64,000 bases of DNA. Source: Eubacteriales bacterium. Lineage in GTDB: Bacteria; Bacillota; Clostridia; Oscillospirales; JAAYXM01. The notes under the pieces are model-generated. The model was given only the letters and a program-made list of their open reading frames with translations, searched no databases and was not told the origin of the DNA. This document shows positions 17,431 to 29,700 of this stretch, one piece after another. The stretch covers positions 115,340 to 179,339 of the forward strand of contig JAZNNQ010000001.1 of NCBI GenBank assembly GCA_045580305.1. Reading direction: 5' to 3'. Made by a program: the position numbers and the translations under genes. Numbering within the stretch: the first letter of the stretch is position 1; the number at the start of each line of letters is the position of its first letter.

Positions 17431-18449
17431 TGAAGATTATGGTACTTGGCAGCGGTGGCTGGGGTAGTGCCCTTGCTATTATGCTGGCTGAAAACGGCCA
17501 TGATGTCACAATGTGGTCATTTTTACACGAGGAATATGCAACCCTTGCAAAAGACCGTGAGAATAAGCAGTTTTTAGCCGGTGTAAAATTCCCGGATAAT
17601 TTAGCGCTTACCGATGATATGAACTTAGCAAAGGATGCTGAACTTATTGTTATGGCAACACCGTCATTTGCGGTGTCCACAACCGCGGAGAATTTATCAA
17701 AAATCATCTCCGAGGGAACTATCGTTGTAAATGTTTCCAAGGGTATTGACAGAGCCAGCGGTATGAGACTGAGCGAAGTTATTGAAACAAAGCTTGGTGA
17801 TAAAGCTAAGGTATCAGTACTTTCAGGACCTTCCCACGCGGAAGAGGTTGGTCGCGGCATCCCTACAACCGTTGTTGTTGCAAGCAAAGATAAATCCGTT
17901 GCTGAGACTGTTCAGGATGTATTTATGAATGACCGTTTCCGCGTTTATATCACTCCGGATATGGTCGGTGTCGAGCTTGGCGCGGCACTTAAAAATGTAA
18001 TCGCACTTTGTGCAGGTGTTTGTGACGGTATGGGTCTTGGCGATAATACCAAGGCGGCACTTATGACTCGTGGCCTTACCGAAATGGCGCGCCTCGGTGT
18101 AGCCCTTGGCGGTGCAAGTGAGACCTTTGCGGGTCTTGCAGGTGTGGGTGATCTTATTGTTACTTGTACATCTATGCATTCTCGTAACCGTCGTGCAGGT
18201 ATACTTATAGGTCAGGGAGTATCACCTGAAGAAGCCGTCGAGAAAATCGGTGCGGTTGTTGAAGGATACTATGCAACTCAGACCGGTATGATGCTTGCTG
18301 CGAAGGTGGGTATTGAGATGCCGATAACAAAAGCGGCGTATGATGTTCTCTATAACGGAAAATCTCCTAAGGATATGATGCACTCGCTTATGAGTCGCGG
18401 TAAAAAGAGCGAGACCGAAGAGGTATGGATGACACATATTAAATGGTAA
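17430..18449 (+). CDS. gpsA: NAD(P)H-dependent glycerol-3-phosphate dehydrogenase
   Basis: GSGGWG, SGPSHAEEV, LKNVIA, GDLIVTCTSMHSRN. Confidence 0.96.
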   Translation: MKIMVLGSGGWGSALAIMLAENGHDVTMWSFLHEEYATLAKDRENKQFLAGVKFPDNLALTDDMNLAKDAELIVMATPSFAVSTTAENLSKIISEGTIVVNVSKGIDRASGMRLSEVIETKLGDKAKVSVLSGPSHAEEVGRGIPTTVVVASKDKSVAETVQDVFMNDRFRVYITPDMVGVELGAALKNVIALCAGVCDGMGLGDNTKAALMTRGLTEMARLGVALGGASETFAGLAGVGDLIVTCTSMHSRNRRAGILIGQGVSPEEAVEKIGAVVEGYYATQTGMMLAAKVGIEMPITKAAYDVLYNGKSPKDMMHSLMSRGKKSETEEVWMTHIKW

Positions 18450-18484
18450 GAGGTGGCATATGCCACCTCTTTTTTTCATACAAT
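18449..18484 (+). promoter_or_regulatory. gpsA terminator overlapping a SigE-type promoter
   Basis: Hairpin agaggtggca/tgccacctct plus T6; gcATA (18456-18460)-16 nt-CATACAAT (18477-18484) matches the mother-cell SigE consensus. Confidence 0.6.
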
Positions 18485-18505
18485 TATCACGGGGTGATGC
18501 TGTGT

Positions 18506-19276
18506 ATGAAAAAGAAAACGGATAAGAAAAGCGGAAAAATCTTTTTAATAAAGTTGTGTATTTCTGCATTGATCGTTATTTCGGCTGTGGTTTTGAAAAC
18601 TGTTTCGCCGGATCTTGGGGAAAAACTGTCACAGGTTGTAAACGGTGATATAGATTATAAGCGTGCGGTAAGCGCTATCGGCGAAATTTTCTCCGAAGAG
18701 GAAGCAATTGAGGTATTTGATGAAGAACCGATAGTAGAAGAAAATTTTTATAATGAAAAAGACAATGAGAGTGCCATAGAAGCACTCTCTTTTCAAATGA
18801 GTAGTGAAGAATTGCAGGATGACACAAAAGCGGAGGTTTTTAAAATCCCACCACCAAACTACTGCAGTTATGATAAAGTTAATATTTCTTTTTCCTATAC
18901 AACACCACTACACGGTACCATAACATCAAAGTATGGCTATCGCGACCATCCAATAATAGAGGACGCCAGTTTTCACACGGGAATAGATATAGCGGCAAAA
19001 AGCGGGACTTCGGTGTCGTGCTTTGCAGATGGCAAGGTTCTTGAGGCTAAATATAACGATACCTACGGCAACTATATCCTTATAGAGCATGCAAACGGCA
19101 TACGCTCATTTTACGGGCATAATTCCAAACTGACGGTAAAGAGTGGCGCTAAGGTGAAAAAAGGCCAGAAAATAGCCGAGGTGGGCACCACGGGACTATC
19201 TACCGGTCCGCATCTTCATTTCGAGGTCAGAAACGGAACAAAACGCCTTGATCCGACCCATTACATAAAAGTATGA
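18506..19276 (+). CDS. M23 peptidase-domain membrane protein, SpoIVFA-like
   Basis: N-terminal TM; HTGIDI, YGHNS, STGPHLHFE; overlaps the downstream M50 protease. Confidence 0.8.
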   Translation: MKKKTDKKSGKIFLIKLCISALIVISAVVLKTVSPDLGEKLSQVVNGDIDYKRAVSAIGEIFSEEEAIEVFDEEPIVEENFYNEKDNESAIEALSFQMSSEELQDDTKAEVFKIPPPNYCSYDKVNISFSYTTPLHGTITSKYGYRDHPIIEDASFHTGIDIAAKSGTSVSCFADGKVLEAKYNDTYGNYILIEHANGIRSFYGHNSKLTVKSGAKVKKGQKIAEVGTTGLSTGPHLHFEVRNGTKRLDPTHYIKV

Positions 19277-19845
19277 GGATAGGTAAGTTCTTTATAGGCT
19301 TTGATTTTATTTTGATCTTAGCCGCGTTTTACATACTTGATACCGACGGACTATTCTTGCTTGCGCTTATTGCCGCGGCAGTACACGAGGCAGGACACAT
19401 AATTGCAATGACACTTTGCAACGCCAAAATAGACACAATTTACCTTGGAATATACGGTGCAAAGATCAAAATGAAGCTGTATCCAATAATAAGCTATAAA
19501 AGGGAAATAATAATCGCCCTTGCAGGACCGTTTGCAGGGGCGATTTTGGGGGTAATATTAAGTTTTGCGGGAAACTACACTCTTGCGGGTTTAAGCCTGA
19601 TTTTAACCCTTTTTAACTTGCTGCCCGCATTGCCGCTTGACGGAGGCAGAACTCTTAAGTTTGCAAGCCTTCTTTTATTTGATGAACTGTGGCAGGGCAG
19701 AATAAGTAAAGTGGGAAATGCTGTATCCGCAATATTTTTGATAATACTTTGCATATATGTAAGTGTTCGATACGGAGTGTCGCCAAGTCTTTGTATTTTC
19801 TGTGCTTTTATGGCAGGCAATTTCTTAAAAGAGCTTTTTCAGTAA
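19273..19845 (+). CDS. M50 site-2 membrane metalloprotease, SpoIVFB-like
   Basis: HEAGH, AGP, NLLPALPLDGGR motifs. Confidence 0.85.
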   Translation: MRIGKFFIGFDFILILAAFYILDTDGLFLLALIAAAVHEAGHIIAMTLCNAKIDTIYLGIYGAKIKMKLYPIISYKREIIIALAGPFAGAILGVILSFAGNYTLAGLSLILTLFNLLPALPLDGGRTLKFASLLLFDELWQGRISKVGNAVSAIFLIILCIYVSVRYGVSPSLCIFCAFMAGNFLKELFQ

Positions 19846-20274
19846 CGCTTCACAACCCTCAACAATATCGTCATAGGTTTCATCAAAGTTGCCTGTATAC
19901 CAGGGGTCAGCAATATCCCGGGGATGATCGGTAATGTCAAGTAGTCGCATAATCTTGTTTTCCGGGTCAGATCCAACGATTCTCAGCATATTACGGATAT
20001 TATGCTGGTCCATGGCAAGTAGTAAATCGTACTCATCATAATCTGCCTTTGTCATTTGTACCGCATATTTACCCTTGGTGGAAATACCGAGAGGGGAAAG
20101 TTTTGCAACCGTTCCGTGATGTACGGGATTACCAAGCTCCTCCCGACTTGTAGCAGCAGATGCAATATATACCTTGTCCGAAAGTCCGGCTTTTTTTACC
20201 ATATCACGGAACACAAATTCAGCCATAGGACTTCTGCAAATATTACCGTGACATACAAAAAGAATTTTTTTCAT
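19825..20274 (-). CDS. Low-molecular-weight protein tyrosine phosphatase
   Basis: VCHGNICRSPMAE and DPWY motifs. Confidence 0.93.
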   Translation of the reverse strand: MKKILFVCHGNICRSPMAEFVFRDMVKKAGLSDKVYIASAATSREELGNPVHHGTVAKLSPLGISTKGKYAVQMTKADYDEYDLLLAMDQHNIRNMLRIVGSDPENKIMRLLDITDHPRDIADPWYTGNFDETYDDIVEGCEALLKKLF

Positions 20275-20293
20275 AATAACTCCTTAATACAAC

Positions 20294-20322
20294 AAAAGAG
20301 CCGAGCGTCGCTCGGCTCTTTT
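20294..20322 (-). terminator. groEL terminator
   Basis: aaaagagccgagcg/cgctcggctctttt inverted repeat. Confidence 0.8.
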
Positions 20323-20332
20323 AATTTGCGGT

Positions 20333-22373
<2,041 letters not shown>

Positions 22374-22405
22374 GAGTTCAGCTACCAAATATTGTTACAT
22401 TTTTG

Positions 22406-23518
22406 TTAATAGTACATATAGTACTCACATTTTATCATACCGTTATATAATTTGCGGCGTTTAGTTGGGTTTCTTCCATAAAGGCGGGGAAGTTCCTGGT
22501 GTGATGATATAATATATGTTGGGAACTCTGGATTTCTTCGCATAACTTGACCGAGAGTGCGATAAAGTGCCTCGGCTTTCTGGATATCAAGTAAGCGCTC
22601 ACCATATGGCGGGTTGGTAATTACAATTCCGCTCTCGCTTTCCGGTTTCCATTTGAGTACATCACAGTTTTTGAATTTCAAATACTGTGCGACACCTGCC
22701 TTAGCGGCGTTACCCATTGCAATATTAAGGGCATTGTCGTCTATGTCAGAGCCATAAAGACGGAAATCACGCTTGAATATTTTTCCTTTTGCATCGGAGC
22801 GCAGGCTTGCCCAAAGTTCTGCATTTGAGTTTTCCCAAGCCTCTGCCGCGAAGCGACGGTAAAGACCGGGCGCTCTGTTTTGTGAGATCATTGCCGCTTC
22901 AATTAAAATTGTACCCGAACCACAGAAAGGATCGTACACAACCTCGCGGCCGCGATAATGGGCAATATCTACCATACCGGCGGCAAGTGTTTCTCTGAGC
23001 GGTGCATCATTTGCCTTAGCGCGGTAGCCGCGCTTGTGAAGACCTGCACCGGAGGTGTCTAAATATATGCTGGCAATATCGTTTAAAATACCGAATTGAA
23101 TTTGATATTTAGCACCTGTTTCTGCAAACCAGGAAAGGTGATATGCTTCTTTAAGACGCTCAACAACCGCTTTTTTCACAATACTCTGACAGTCGGGAAC
23201 CGAGTGAAGTTGTGAGTGGAGCGCATAGCCTTTAACCGGAAAAGCGCCGTCCTTAGGAATGAATTTTTCCCAAGAAAGAGCTTTTACATTGTCAAAAAGT
23301 TCGGTAAAGCTTTTGCAGGGGAATTCGGCAAGGCGAATTAGTACTCGCTCACCGGAGCGGATCCAAAGATTGGCGCGTGCCATATCCTCAAAACCACCGG
23401 TAAAGAGAACTCTGCCGTTTTCTACTTTAATATTAGCCAAATTAAGGCGTTTACATTCGTTTCCTACAATTCCTTCCAGACCAAAAAGGCAGGGGATTGC
23501 AAAGGTAAGGTTTTTCAT
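22406..23518 (-). CDS. THUMP-domain rRNA methyltransferase (RlmL/YpsC-like)
   Basis: LHKRGYR, APLRETLAA, DPFCGSGT, NPPYGER. Confidence 0.92.
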   Translation of the reverse strand: MKNLTFAIPCLFGLEGIVGNECKRLNLANIKVENGRVLFTGGFEDMARANLWIRSGERVLIRLAEFPCKSFTELFDNVKALSWEKFIPKDGAFPVKGYALHSQLHSVPDCQSIVKKAVVERLKEAYHLSWFAETGAKYQIQFGILNDIASIYLDTSGAGLHKRGYRAKANDAPLRETLAAGMVDIAHYRGREVVYDPFCGSGTILIEAAMISQNRAPGLYRRFAAEAWENSNAELWASLRSDAKGKIFKRDFRLYGSDIDDNALNIAMGNAAKAGVAQYLKFKNCDVLKWKPESESGIVITNPPYGERLLDIQKAEALYRTLGQVMRRNPEFPTYIISSHQELPRLYGRNPTKRRKLYNGMIKCEYYMYY

Positions 23519-23572
23519 TGATACTCTCCTCTGTTAAATGGTGCTGTCTGACAACAGACAGCACCATATCTT

Positions 23573-26032
23573 TTAAGCTGCGGGGGATTCTGCGACTTCA
23601 TCTTTTGGATCTTCGGTTGAAGAAACATCCTCGGAAGTATCCTCCTCGGGGAGTTCTTCATCAGGCACTTCATCATCCAACGGAACATCTTCACTCTCCG
23701 GATCATCATTCGGTTCTTCAACAGGTGGAGGCGGAGCCTCGGCATGGGTGGTACAAGATTCGTTGAAAGTGGACTTGTTGGCAGCGAAGTAATATTCACC
23801 GCTTGCCGGCGCTTGGTTGTGAATTGTATACTGCTCATCTCCAACCAGAATTCCCGATAAGGGGAATGAACGGGACAGGTCTAAAAGACCAAAGGTTTTA
23901 ATGTTTTCTGCAGGGCAGAATTCGGTGGGTTTTTGCATAGTAGCACTGTCAAGGTCAACACCTGTATGAACGGTACAGCGCTTTGTGGGTACATCGTCCT
24001 TGTGGAAATACCCAGCGATTACTTGAGTTCCGCGAACATCACTTCCGCAATATTCATTGGGAAGCAGGCCGCTTGTGGAACATACATTGACATACTTAAA
24101 ATCATCACTTGCATCGAAATTTTTTGCGGGCAGGCCCTTGTGAATTTCGTTCATAATCTTTTTCCATGTAGTAAGTGCCGGCGAGAGTCCCTTGGGAATA
24201 GATCTGGGGCTGTCATAACCGTACCATACCGCCGCGCTGTAATAGGGGGTATAACCAACATACCAACGGTCTTTATCATCGTCAGTTGTACCGGTTTTAC
24301 CTGCGGCGGGCATATTGCTGAGCCGAGCGAGATTACCGGTACCACCGGGACTCATAACCTTGGAGAGCATATAATTCATATATGTCGCGGTTTTCTTGCT
24401 CATAGCATCGATGACCGCAGGCTTTTTCTCCAAAAGAACATTACCTTGGTTGTCGAGTACCTTGGTATAGGTGTGCGGCTCGATATATGTGCCGTTGTTT
24501 ACAAAGGCGGAGTATGCTGCCGCCATTTCCATTGTGGAAACACCGGTTGTAAGACCGCCCAAAGCAAGGGGTGCTAAGTTCTTGTCGGAATCTTTATTAA
24601 GCTTTGAGAAGCCTAAATTTGTGGTCATAAAGTTATAAGACCGTTCGGGTGTAAGCTCATTCAAGGTCTTGACAGAAATGGTATTGATAGACTCCATAAT
24701 AGCCTTAGTGATCGTCATTCTACCTTGATAGCGCTGGGTTTCGTTTTTCGGATAAGCCTTGCCGTTTAAAACGGTAAAGGGCGTATCATCCATTGCAGTC
24801 TGGGGATTAATAAGTCCGTATTCAATGGCAGGGGCGTAAACCGCAATCGGCTTAATCGAGCTTCCCGGCTGACGGAAGGTCTGGGTAGCACGGTTCCAGC
24901 CTCGGTTCTGAGTTTTGACACCTCGTCCACCCACAAGGCCCTTTACGGCACCAGTATAGGGATCCATAATGACCATGGCACACTCGGGCATACCCTTGCC
25001 ACTGGCAGCGGGGAAGTTGGAGTCGTCGCGGAAATGTTTATCCATAACCGACTGTATATCGGGGTCAACAGTAGCATAAATCTTAAGACCGCCGGAGAAT
25101 ATCATTTTTTCAGCAACCTGATAGGAGAGTCCGTGTTCTGCCATAAGGTCGTCAATGACATCTTCAATTACCTGATCGACAAAGTAGGATTGAATGTTAC
25201 TCTCGATTTTCTCTTCTTTTGTTTTTCTCTTGAACACAAGTTCCTCAGCGATTGCGGCTTCATACTCTTCTTGAGTGATAAATTCAAGCTCAAGCATTTT
25301 TGCAAGGGTATTGCGCTGACGCTTTAAATTGTTTTCGGGATTAATAAACGGGTCGTAATAGGTAGGCAGGTTAGTAATGCCTATAAGGGATGCACATTCT
25401 GCAAGAGTAAGCTCGGACACATCTTTACCAAAATAGACCTCAGCAGCGGTTGATACACCGTAACAGCCTTGGCTTAAGTAAATTGTATTCAAATAAAGCT
25501 CAATAATTATATCCTTCGTATAGTGCCGCTCGATATAAAGAGCGCGGGTGATTTCCTGCAACTTGCGGCGCACGGTATCCTGCTTATCGCCGGTAAGGTT
25601 CTTAATTAACTGCTGTGTGATGGTGGAGCCACCGAAATCACTTCGCATCTGGAACACAAGGTTAACCGCAGCGCCAAAGGTTCGTTTCCAGTCAACACCG
25701 CTGTGGGACTCGAAACGCTCATCCTCAATTGCGATAGCTGCATACTTTAAGTGCTTGGGCATATCCTTAAGGTCTACCCAAGAACGGTTTTGAGTAGCAT
25801 AAAGGGTCTCAAGCTCATGCTCATTTCCGTCATCATCAAGATAACACACGGTGGAAGTATAGTTTAAATTCATTGTTTCCACACCGATATCAACCGCTGA
25901 ATCCAGCGTGAGCAAATAAACACCGAAGGCCAGCAGGCAGATAAGTGCCGTGAACAAGACAATAAAGCCAAAGGTTTTTAAAATAAACTTTAACAAAGTA
26001 TTTTTCTTTTTCTTAGTAGCTTTCCTTTTCAA
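23573..26032 (-). CDS. Class A penicillin-binding protein (PBP1A family)
   Basis: EDERF, GGSTITQQLIKN, RKLQE transglycosylase motifs; SSIK, SIN, KTG transpeptidase motifs; start reassigned to TTG 26032 after ggaggtg; acidic Pro-rich tail. Confidence 0.94.
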   Translation of the reverse strand: MKRKATKKKKNTLLKFILKTFGFIVLFTALICLLAFGVYLLTLDSAVDIGVETMNLNYTSTVCYLDDDGNEHELETLYATQNRSWVDLKDMPKHLKYAAIAIEDERFESHSGVDWKRTFGAAVNLVFQMRSDFGGSTITQQLIKNLTGDKQDTVRRKLQEITRALYIERHYTKDIIIELYLNTIYLSQGCYGVSTAAEVYFGKDVSELTLAECASLIGITNLPTYYDPFINPENNLKRQRNTLAKMLELEFITQEEYEAAIAEELVFKRKTKEEKIESNIQSYFVDQVIEDVIDDLMAEHGLSYQVAEKMIFSGGLKIYATVDPDIQSVMDKHFRDDSNFPAASGKGMPECAMVIMDPYTGAVKGLVGGRGVKTQNRGWNRATQTFRQPGSSIKPIAVYAPAIEYGLINPQTAMDDTPFTVLNGKAYPKNETQRYQGRMTITKAIMESINTISVKTLNELTPERSYNFMTTNLGFSKLNKDSDKNLAPLALGGLTTGVSTMEMAAAYSAFVNNGTYIEPHTYTKVLDNQGNVLLEKKPAVIDAMSKKTATYMNYMLSKVMSPGGTGNLARLSNMPAAGKTGTTDDDKDRWYVGYTPYYSAAVWYGYDSPRSIPKGLSPALTTWKKIMNEIHKGLPAKNFDASDDFKYVNVCSTSGLLPNEYCGSDVRGTQVIAGYFHKDDVPTKRCTVHTGVDLDSATMQKPTEFCPAENIKTFGLLDLSRSFPLSGILVGDEQYTIHNQAPASGEYYFAANKSTFNESCTTHAEAPPPPVEEPNDDPESEDVPLDDEVPDEELPEEDTSEDVSSTEDPKDEVAESPAA

Positions 26033-26120
26033 GAAATAACACCTCCAAGAACAGGTACAATAATACTGCAACATAATTATACCACAACTTTTCCCAATTT
26101 GCACCAAAAAAATAAAAAAA

Positions 26121-26150
26121 GTATAAAATGTATGTAAAAGGGTAAAAATG
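26121..26150 (+). promoter_or_regulatory. SigF/SigG-type forespore promoter
   Basis: GTATA-15 nt-GGTAAAAAT upstream of the bofC-like gene. Confidence 0.55.
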
Positions 26151-26183
26151 CTAATATGCATTTTAAATCGGAGGGGAATTTCG

Positions 26184-26525
26184 TTGCAGGGAAAAATTAA
26201 ATTTTCGAAGCGGAATATTACCATAATTGCTTGTATGTTCTTTATTATGACCGCGTTTATTGCAAATGGCATTTCGCATTTACAAAAGAGTGAAGAGCGT
26301 GAATATACCCCTACGGTATCGCAGCAGATAACCGAGAAGAAGTATATTTTAAAACTTTATAACGGCAAGGTTGCCGTATTCAAAGAAGGTAGTGATACAC
26401 CTTCGGAAATCACAGATATATCCGAGCATTCGCTAAGAAATTTTGATTATGAGCAGTTAAGCCTCGGGGTAGTGGTAATAGGTGACATAGAGCTTGCAAT
26501 GCGACTGGAAGATTACGGAAGTTAA
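26184..26525 (+). CDS. BofC C-terminal-domain-like secreted protein
   Basis: Signal/TM, then YILKLYNGKVAVF...TDISEHSL...QLSLGV...LEDYGS, the pattern typical of clostridial BofC_C proteins; TTG start after ggagggg. Confidence 0.7.
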   Translation: MQGKIKFSKRNITIIACMFFIMTAFIANGISHLQKSEEREYTPTVSQQITEKKYILKLYNGKVAVFKEGSDTPSEITDISEHSLRNFDYEQLSLGVVVIGDIELAMRLEDYGS

Positions 26526-26556
26526 AAAAGCAGAGGGAAGTATCCCTCTGCTTTTT
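26525..26556. terminator. Bidirectional terminator
   Basis: aaaagcagaggga/tccctctgctttt between convergent genes. Confidence 0.75.
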
Positions 26557-27226
26557 ATTTACTTAAAAAATCTATCGCATCTTCCACTGCGTGTTTTGCA
26601 TCGCCCAGTGGCTCATTTGCAAATCTATGGTCAAAGCTCTTTGCAAATTTTGAAACATTTGCAGATAACTTCTCTAAAAGGGCCGCGGTTTTTGCCGTAT
26701 GGTCCTCATAGAAAACTGCAAAATGTTTTTTAGAAAGCTCGTTTTTGGCAAAGTTTAAAAGGCCGGCAAGATGGTGTGGGCAAAAATACTCCTGCTCACG
26801 GGTAAGTTCTTTAAATTCCGGCTCTACCAACCAAAGATGAATTACATTTGAATAATATTTTGAAAGGCGGTCCTTGATTTGTCTGCAAACATAGCAGGCA
26901 TCAACCGCTGTGCTTATTTTGTCTGCAAGAGCGGGAAATTCCTTTTTGCCGGGTGCCTTTTGCGTGATTGCGGAAAGCAATTCCTGAGTATGGCTTTCCA
27001 AAATAAGGGCAAGGGGAAGCTTCTTCTGCATGGCAAGCATATCCTGAAAATGCTTTTTACAAAAGCCGTAACGGTTTGTTTCAATTCGCACATCGGGCTC
27101 CATCATAGCAGCACCCATAACATATTCAAGTGATATTTGTTCTAAGTCCGCCTCTAACTTACATAAAGGACAGCCGCATTTAGCTTCATATGCTTCGTGT
27201 ATAGGTATTGTGTAAATTGTTTCCAT
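26555..27226 (-). CDS. Conserved clostridial Cys-rich protein (DUF6062-like)
   Basis: METIYTIPIHEAY..CGCPLC, GFCKKH, CYVC, FCPHH repeated metal motifs. Confidence 0.75.
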   Translation of the reverse strand: METIYTIPIHEAYEAKCGCPLCKLEADLEQISLEYVMGAAMMEPDVRIETNRYGFCKKHFQDMLAMQKKLPLALILESHTQELLSAITQKAPGKKEFPALADKISTAVDACYVCRQIKDRLSKYYSNVIHLWLVEPEFKELTREQEYFCPHHLAGLLNFAKNELSKKHFAVFYEDHTAKTAALLEKLSANVSKFAKSFDHRFANEPLGDAKHAVEDAIDFLSK

Positions 27227-27301
27227 CCACTTGCACCTCGATTTAAAAGAGTGTATTATAAATTGTAACAAGAATTTTCATATAATGCAAGGAGTACACC
27301 T

Positions 27302-28123
27302 ATGGAAATTATAAAAAAAGCGGGATTTGTAGAAATACACGGTTGTGATGACTTTGTGCCAAGTCTTGTATTCGATTGCGGTCAGTGCTTCCGTTGGGAC
27401 AGCGACGGTGTGGGTATCGCAGGCGGTAAAATCGCAAGGGTAGTGCTGGAGGATCAAATAGTAAAAATATATTGCGATCCAGATGATTTTGATACATTTT
27501 GGTCAAAGTATTTTGATGTTTCATTGGATTACAGCGATATTCGCAGGGGTTTTGCGCAGGATAAAAGAATGAATGATGCAATAAACTTCGGCAAGGGTAT
27601 AAGAATATTAAAGCAGGAGCCGTGGGAAGCGCTTATTTCCTTTATAATATCCCAATGCAATAACATTCCTCGTATCAAAGGGATAATCGAAAAAATGTGC
27701 GCTCTTTTCGGCGAAGAGGTATCATTTGGCGATATAAAGCGTTACAGTTTCCCGACAGCAGAGCGTCTTGCTAAATGTTCTCTTGCGGATTTGGAGCCAC
27801 TGCGTTCGGGGTACCGGGCAAAATACATCTTGTCCGCGGCTCGTCGTGTAGCAGCAAATGAAACCGAGTTGGAGAGGATATCTGAACTCCCCACAAGTGA
27901 TGCGAGAAAAGAACTGCTCAGTTTTGAAGGTGTCGGCAACAAAGTTGCCGATTGCACATTGCTTTTCGGAATGGGAAAGCTTGATGCATTTCCTGTGGAT
28001 GTGTGGATGAAGCGCGCTTTAAGCGAATTTTTTGATAATAAAACACCGGATTTCGGTGCATATGCAGGCATTGCACAGCAATATATTTTCCATTACATAA
28101 GAAATAAGGCTCAAGTCAAATGA
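27302..28123 (+). CDS. 8-oxoguanine DNA glycosylase (OGG, HhH-GPD)
   Basis: CGQCFRW, SQCNNIPRI, GVGNKVADC, FPVDVW. Confidence 0.92.
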   Translation: MEIIKKAGFVEIHGCDDFVPSLVFDCGQCFRWDSDGVGIAGGKIARVVLEDQIVKIYCDPDDFDTFWSKYFDVSLDYSDIRRGFAQDKRMNDAINFGKGIRILKQEPWEALISFIISQCNNIPRIKGIIEKMCALFGEEVSFGDIKRYSFPTAERLAKCSLADLEPLRSGYRAKYILSAARRVAANETELERISELPTSDARKELLSFEGVGNKVADCTLLFGMGKLDAFPVDVWMKRALSEFFDNKTPDFGAYAGIAQQYIFHYIRNKAQVK

Positions 28124-28134
28124 CTTGAGCCTTA
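28105..28134. terminator. Bidirectional terminator overlapping the glycosylase stop
   Basis: taaggctcaagtca/tgacttgagcctta. Confidence 0.7.
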
Positions 28135-28149
28135 AATTTGTTTTAAAGA

Positions 28150-28920
28150 TTATTCTAAGCGAGCGTCAACCTCAGCTGCAAAACGCTCAATATCGCCATT
28201 TTCGATGAGGCGAGTGATGGTAGCATTGATCTTGTCAAGAAGTTCGGTGTTACCCTTCTTAACTGCGATAGCGTACTCTTCGGTAGCGAATGCGCTGTCC
28301 TCAATACCCTTTAAGCCCTCAAAGCTCTGCATAAAGCGGGAAGCAGTGGGGGAGTCGATAACAACAGCATCTAAGCGTCCGTTCTGGAGATCCATAACAG
28401 CGTCGATACCCTTCTTGTAGCGCTGGAGCTCATCGGTGAGACCCATTTCGCCTAAAGCGATGTCGCCGGTGTAACCGGTGATAACGCCAACCTTCTTGCC
28501 CTTAAGGGAAGCAGCGGAAGTGATATCGGTGTTGTCAGCCTTAACAATAATGGTCTGAACAGCAACCCAGTAGGGAGCGGAGAAGTCAGCGTTCTCGCGG
28601 CGCTCAGGCTTGTCGGTCATACCTGCTAAGATAACATCAATCTTCTCGGAAGAAAGGGAAGGAAGAAGAGCGTCAAAGTCGATGTTCTCGATCTTTACAT
28701 CAACGCCGAGGTCCTTACCGATTTCCTTTGCGATTAAAATGTCGATACCGTCATAGTTCTCGATTACACCCTCGCCGGATGTAACAACGAACTCAAAGGG
28801 CGGGAAAGCCGCATTGGTACCGATAACAAGTGTGGTGTCCTCTGCGGTTTCAGTGTTGCCGCAAGCTGCGAAGCAGAAGACCATTGCTGCGCTGAGAATG
28901 AGTGCTAAGATTCTTTTCAT
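28150..28920 (-). CDS. Polar amino-acid ABC transporter substrate-binding lipoprotein
   Basis: Lipobox FAAC; GTNAAFPPFEF; SBP_bac_3 pattern. Confidence 0.92.
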   Translation of the reverse strand: MKRILALILSAAMVFCFAACGNTETAEDTTLVIGTNAAFPPFEFVVTSGEGVIENYDGIDILIAKEIGKDLGVDVKIENIDFDALLPSLSSEKIDVILAGMTDKPERRENADFSAPYWVAVQTIIVKADNTDITSAASLKGKKVGVITGYTGDIALGEMGLTDELQRYKKGIDAVMDLQNGRLDAVVIDSPTASRFMQSFEGLKGIEDSAFATEEYAIAVKKGNTELLDKINATITRLIENGDIERFAAEVDARLE

Positions 28921-28950
28921 AGTGTTTTTCCTCCTAAAAATTTTTTATAA

Positions 28951-29682
28951 TTAAAGCTTGTCGGTGACACGCTTTAAAAATGCTTGAGTTCTGAGGTTTT
29001 GGGGATTAGTGAAAACCTGCTCCGGAGTGCCGTCTTCCATAATAACACCTTCGTCCATAAAGAGAACTCGGGATGCGACCTCGCGAGCAAACGCCATCTC
29101 GTGAGTGACGACAACCATTGTCATACCGTCCTCTGCAAGCTCTTTCATAACCTGTAAAACCTCGCCGACCATTTCCGGATCTAAAGCACTTGTGGGCTCG
29201 TCAAACAGCATAATATCAGGACTCATTGCCATTGCACGGACAATAGCGATACGCTGCTTCTGCCCACCGGAAAGCTGGTTGGGATATGCGTCTATCTTAT
29301 CTAAAAGACCTACCTTTTCCAAAAGCTCAACAGCCCTCTTTTTTGCATCTTCCCGTGTCGCACGACCGGTGGTAACGGGTGCTAAGGTTATATTATCAAG
29401 AACGGTTAAATGGGGGAATAAATGGAATTGCTGGAAAACCATACCCATTTTCTGGCGTATCTTATTGACATTCGCACCATAAGCGGTAATATCTTCTCCC
29501 TGAATGAGAATTGTACCTGCTGTAGGCTGCTCCAAAAGATTTAAACAACGGAGAAAAGTACTTTTACCGGAACCGGAAGGGCCAATAACAACGACCTTTT
29601 CACCTTCTTTAATATCAACATCCAAGCCGCGAAGTACATGGAGATCGCCGAATGATTTATGTAATCCTTGAACTTTAATCAT
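28951..29682 (-). CDS. Polar amino-acid ABC transporter ATPase (GlnQ-like)
   Basis: [27 protein letters not shown]. Confidence 0.95.
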   Translation of the reverse strand: MIKVQGLHKSFGDLHVLRGLDVDIKEGEKVVVIGPSGSGKSTFLRCLNLLEQPTAGTILIQGEDITAYGANVNKIRQKMGMVFQQFHLFPHLTVLDNITLAPVTTGRATREDAKKRAVELLEKVGLLDKIDAYPNQLSGGQKQRIAIVRAMAMSPDIMLFDEPTSALDPEMVGEVLQVMKELAEDGMTMVVVTHEMAFAREVASRVLFMDEGVIMEDGTPEQVFTNPQNLRTQAFLKRVTDKL

Positions 29683-29700
29683 TAACAGACACCTCCAATA

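Noticed and set aside
26033-26272. 80-aa N-terminal extension of PBP1A in the ORF track
   Set aside because: It overlaps the divergent bofC-like gene, and a strong RBS supports TTG 26032 as the start.
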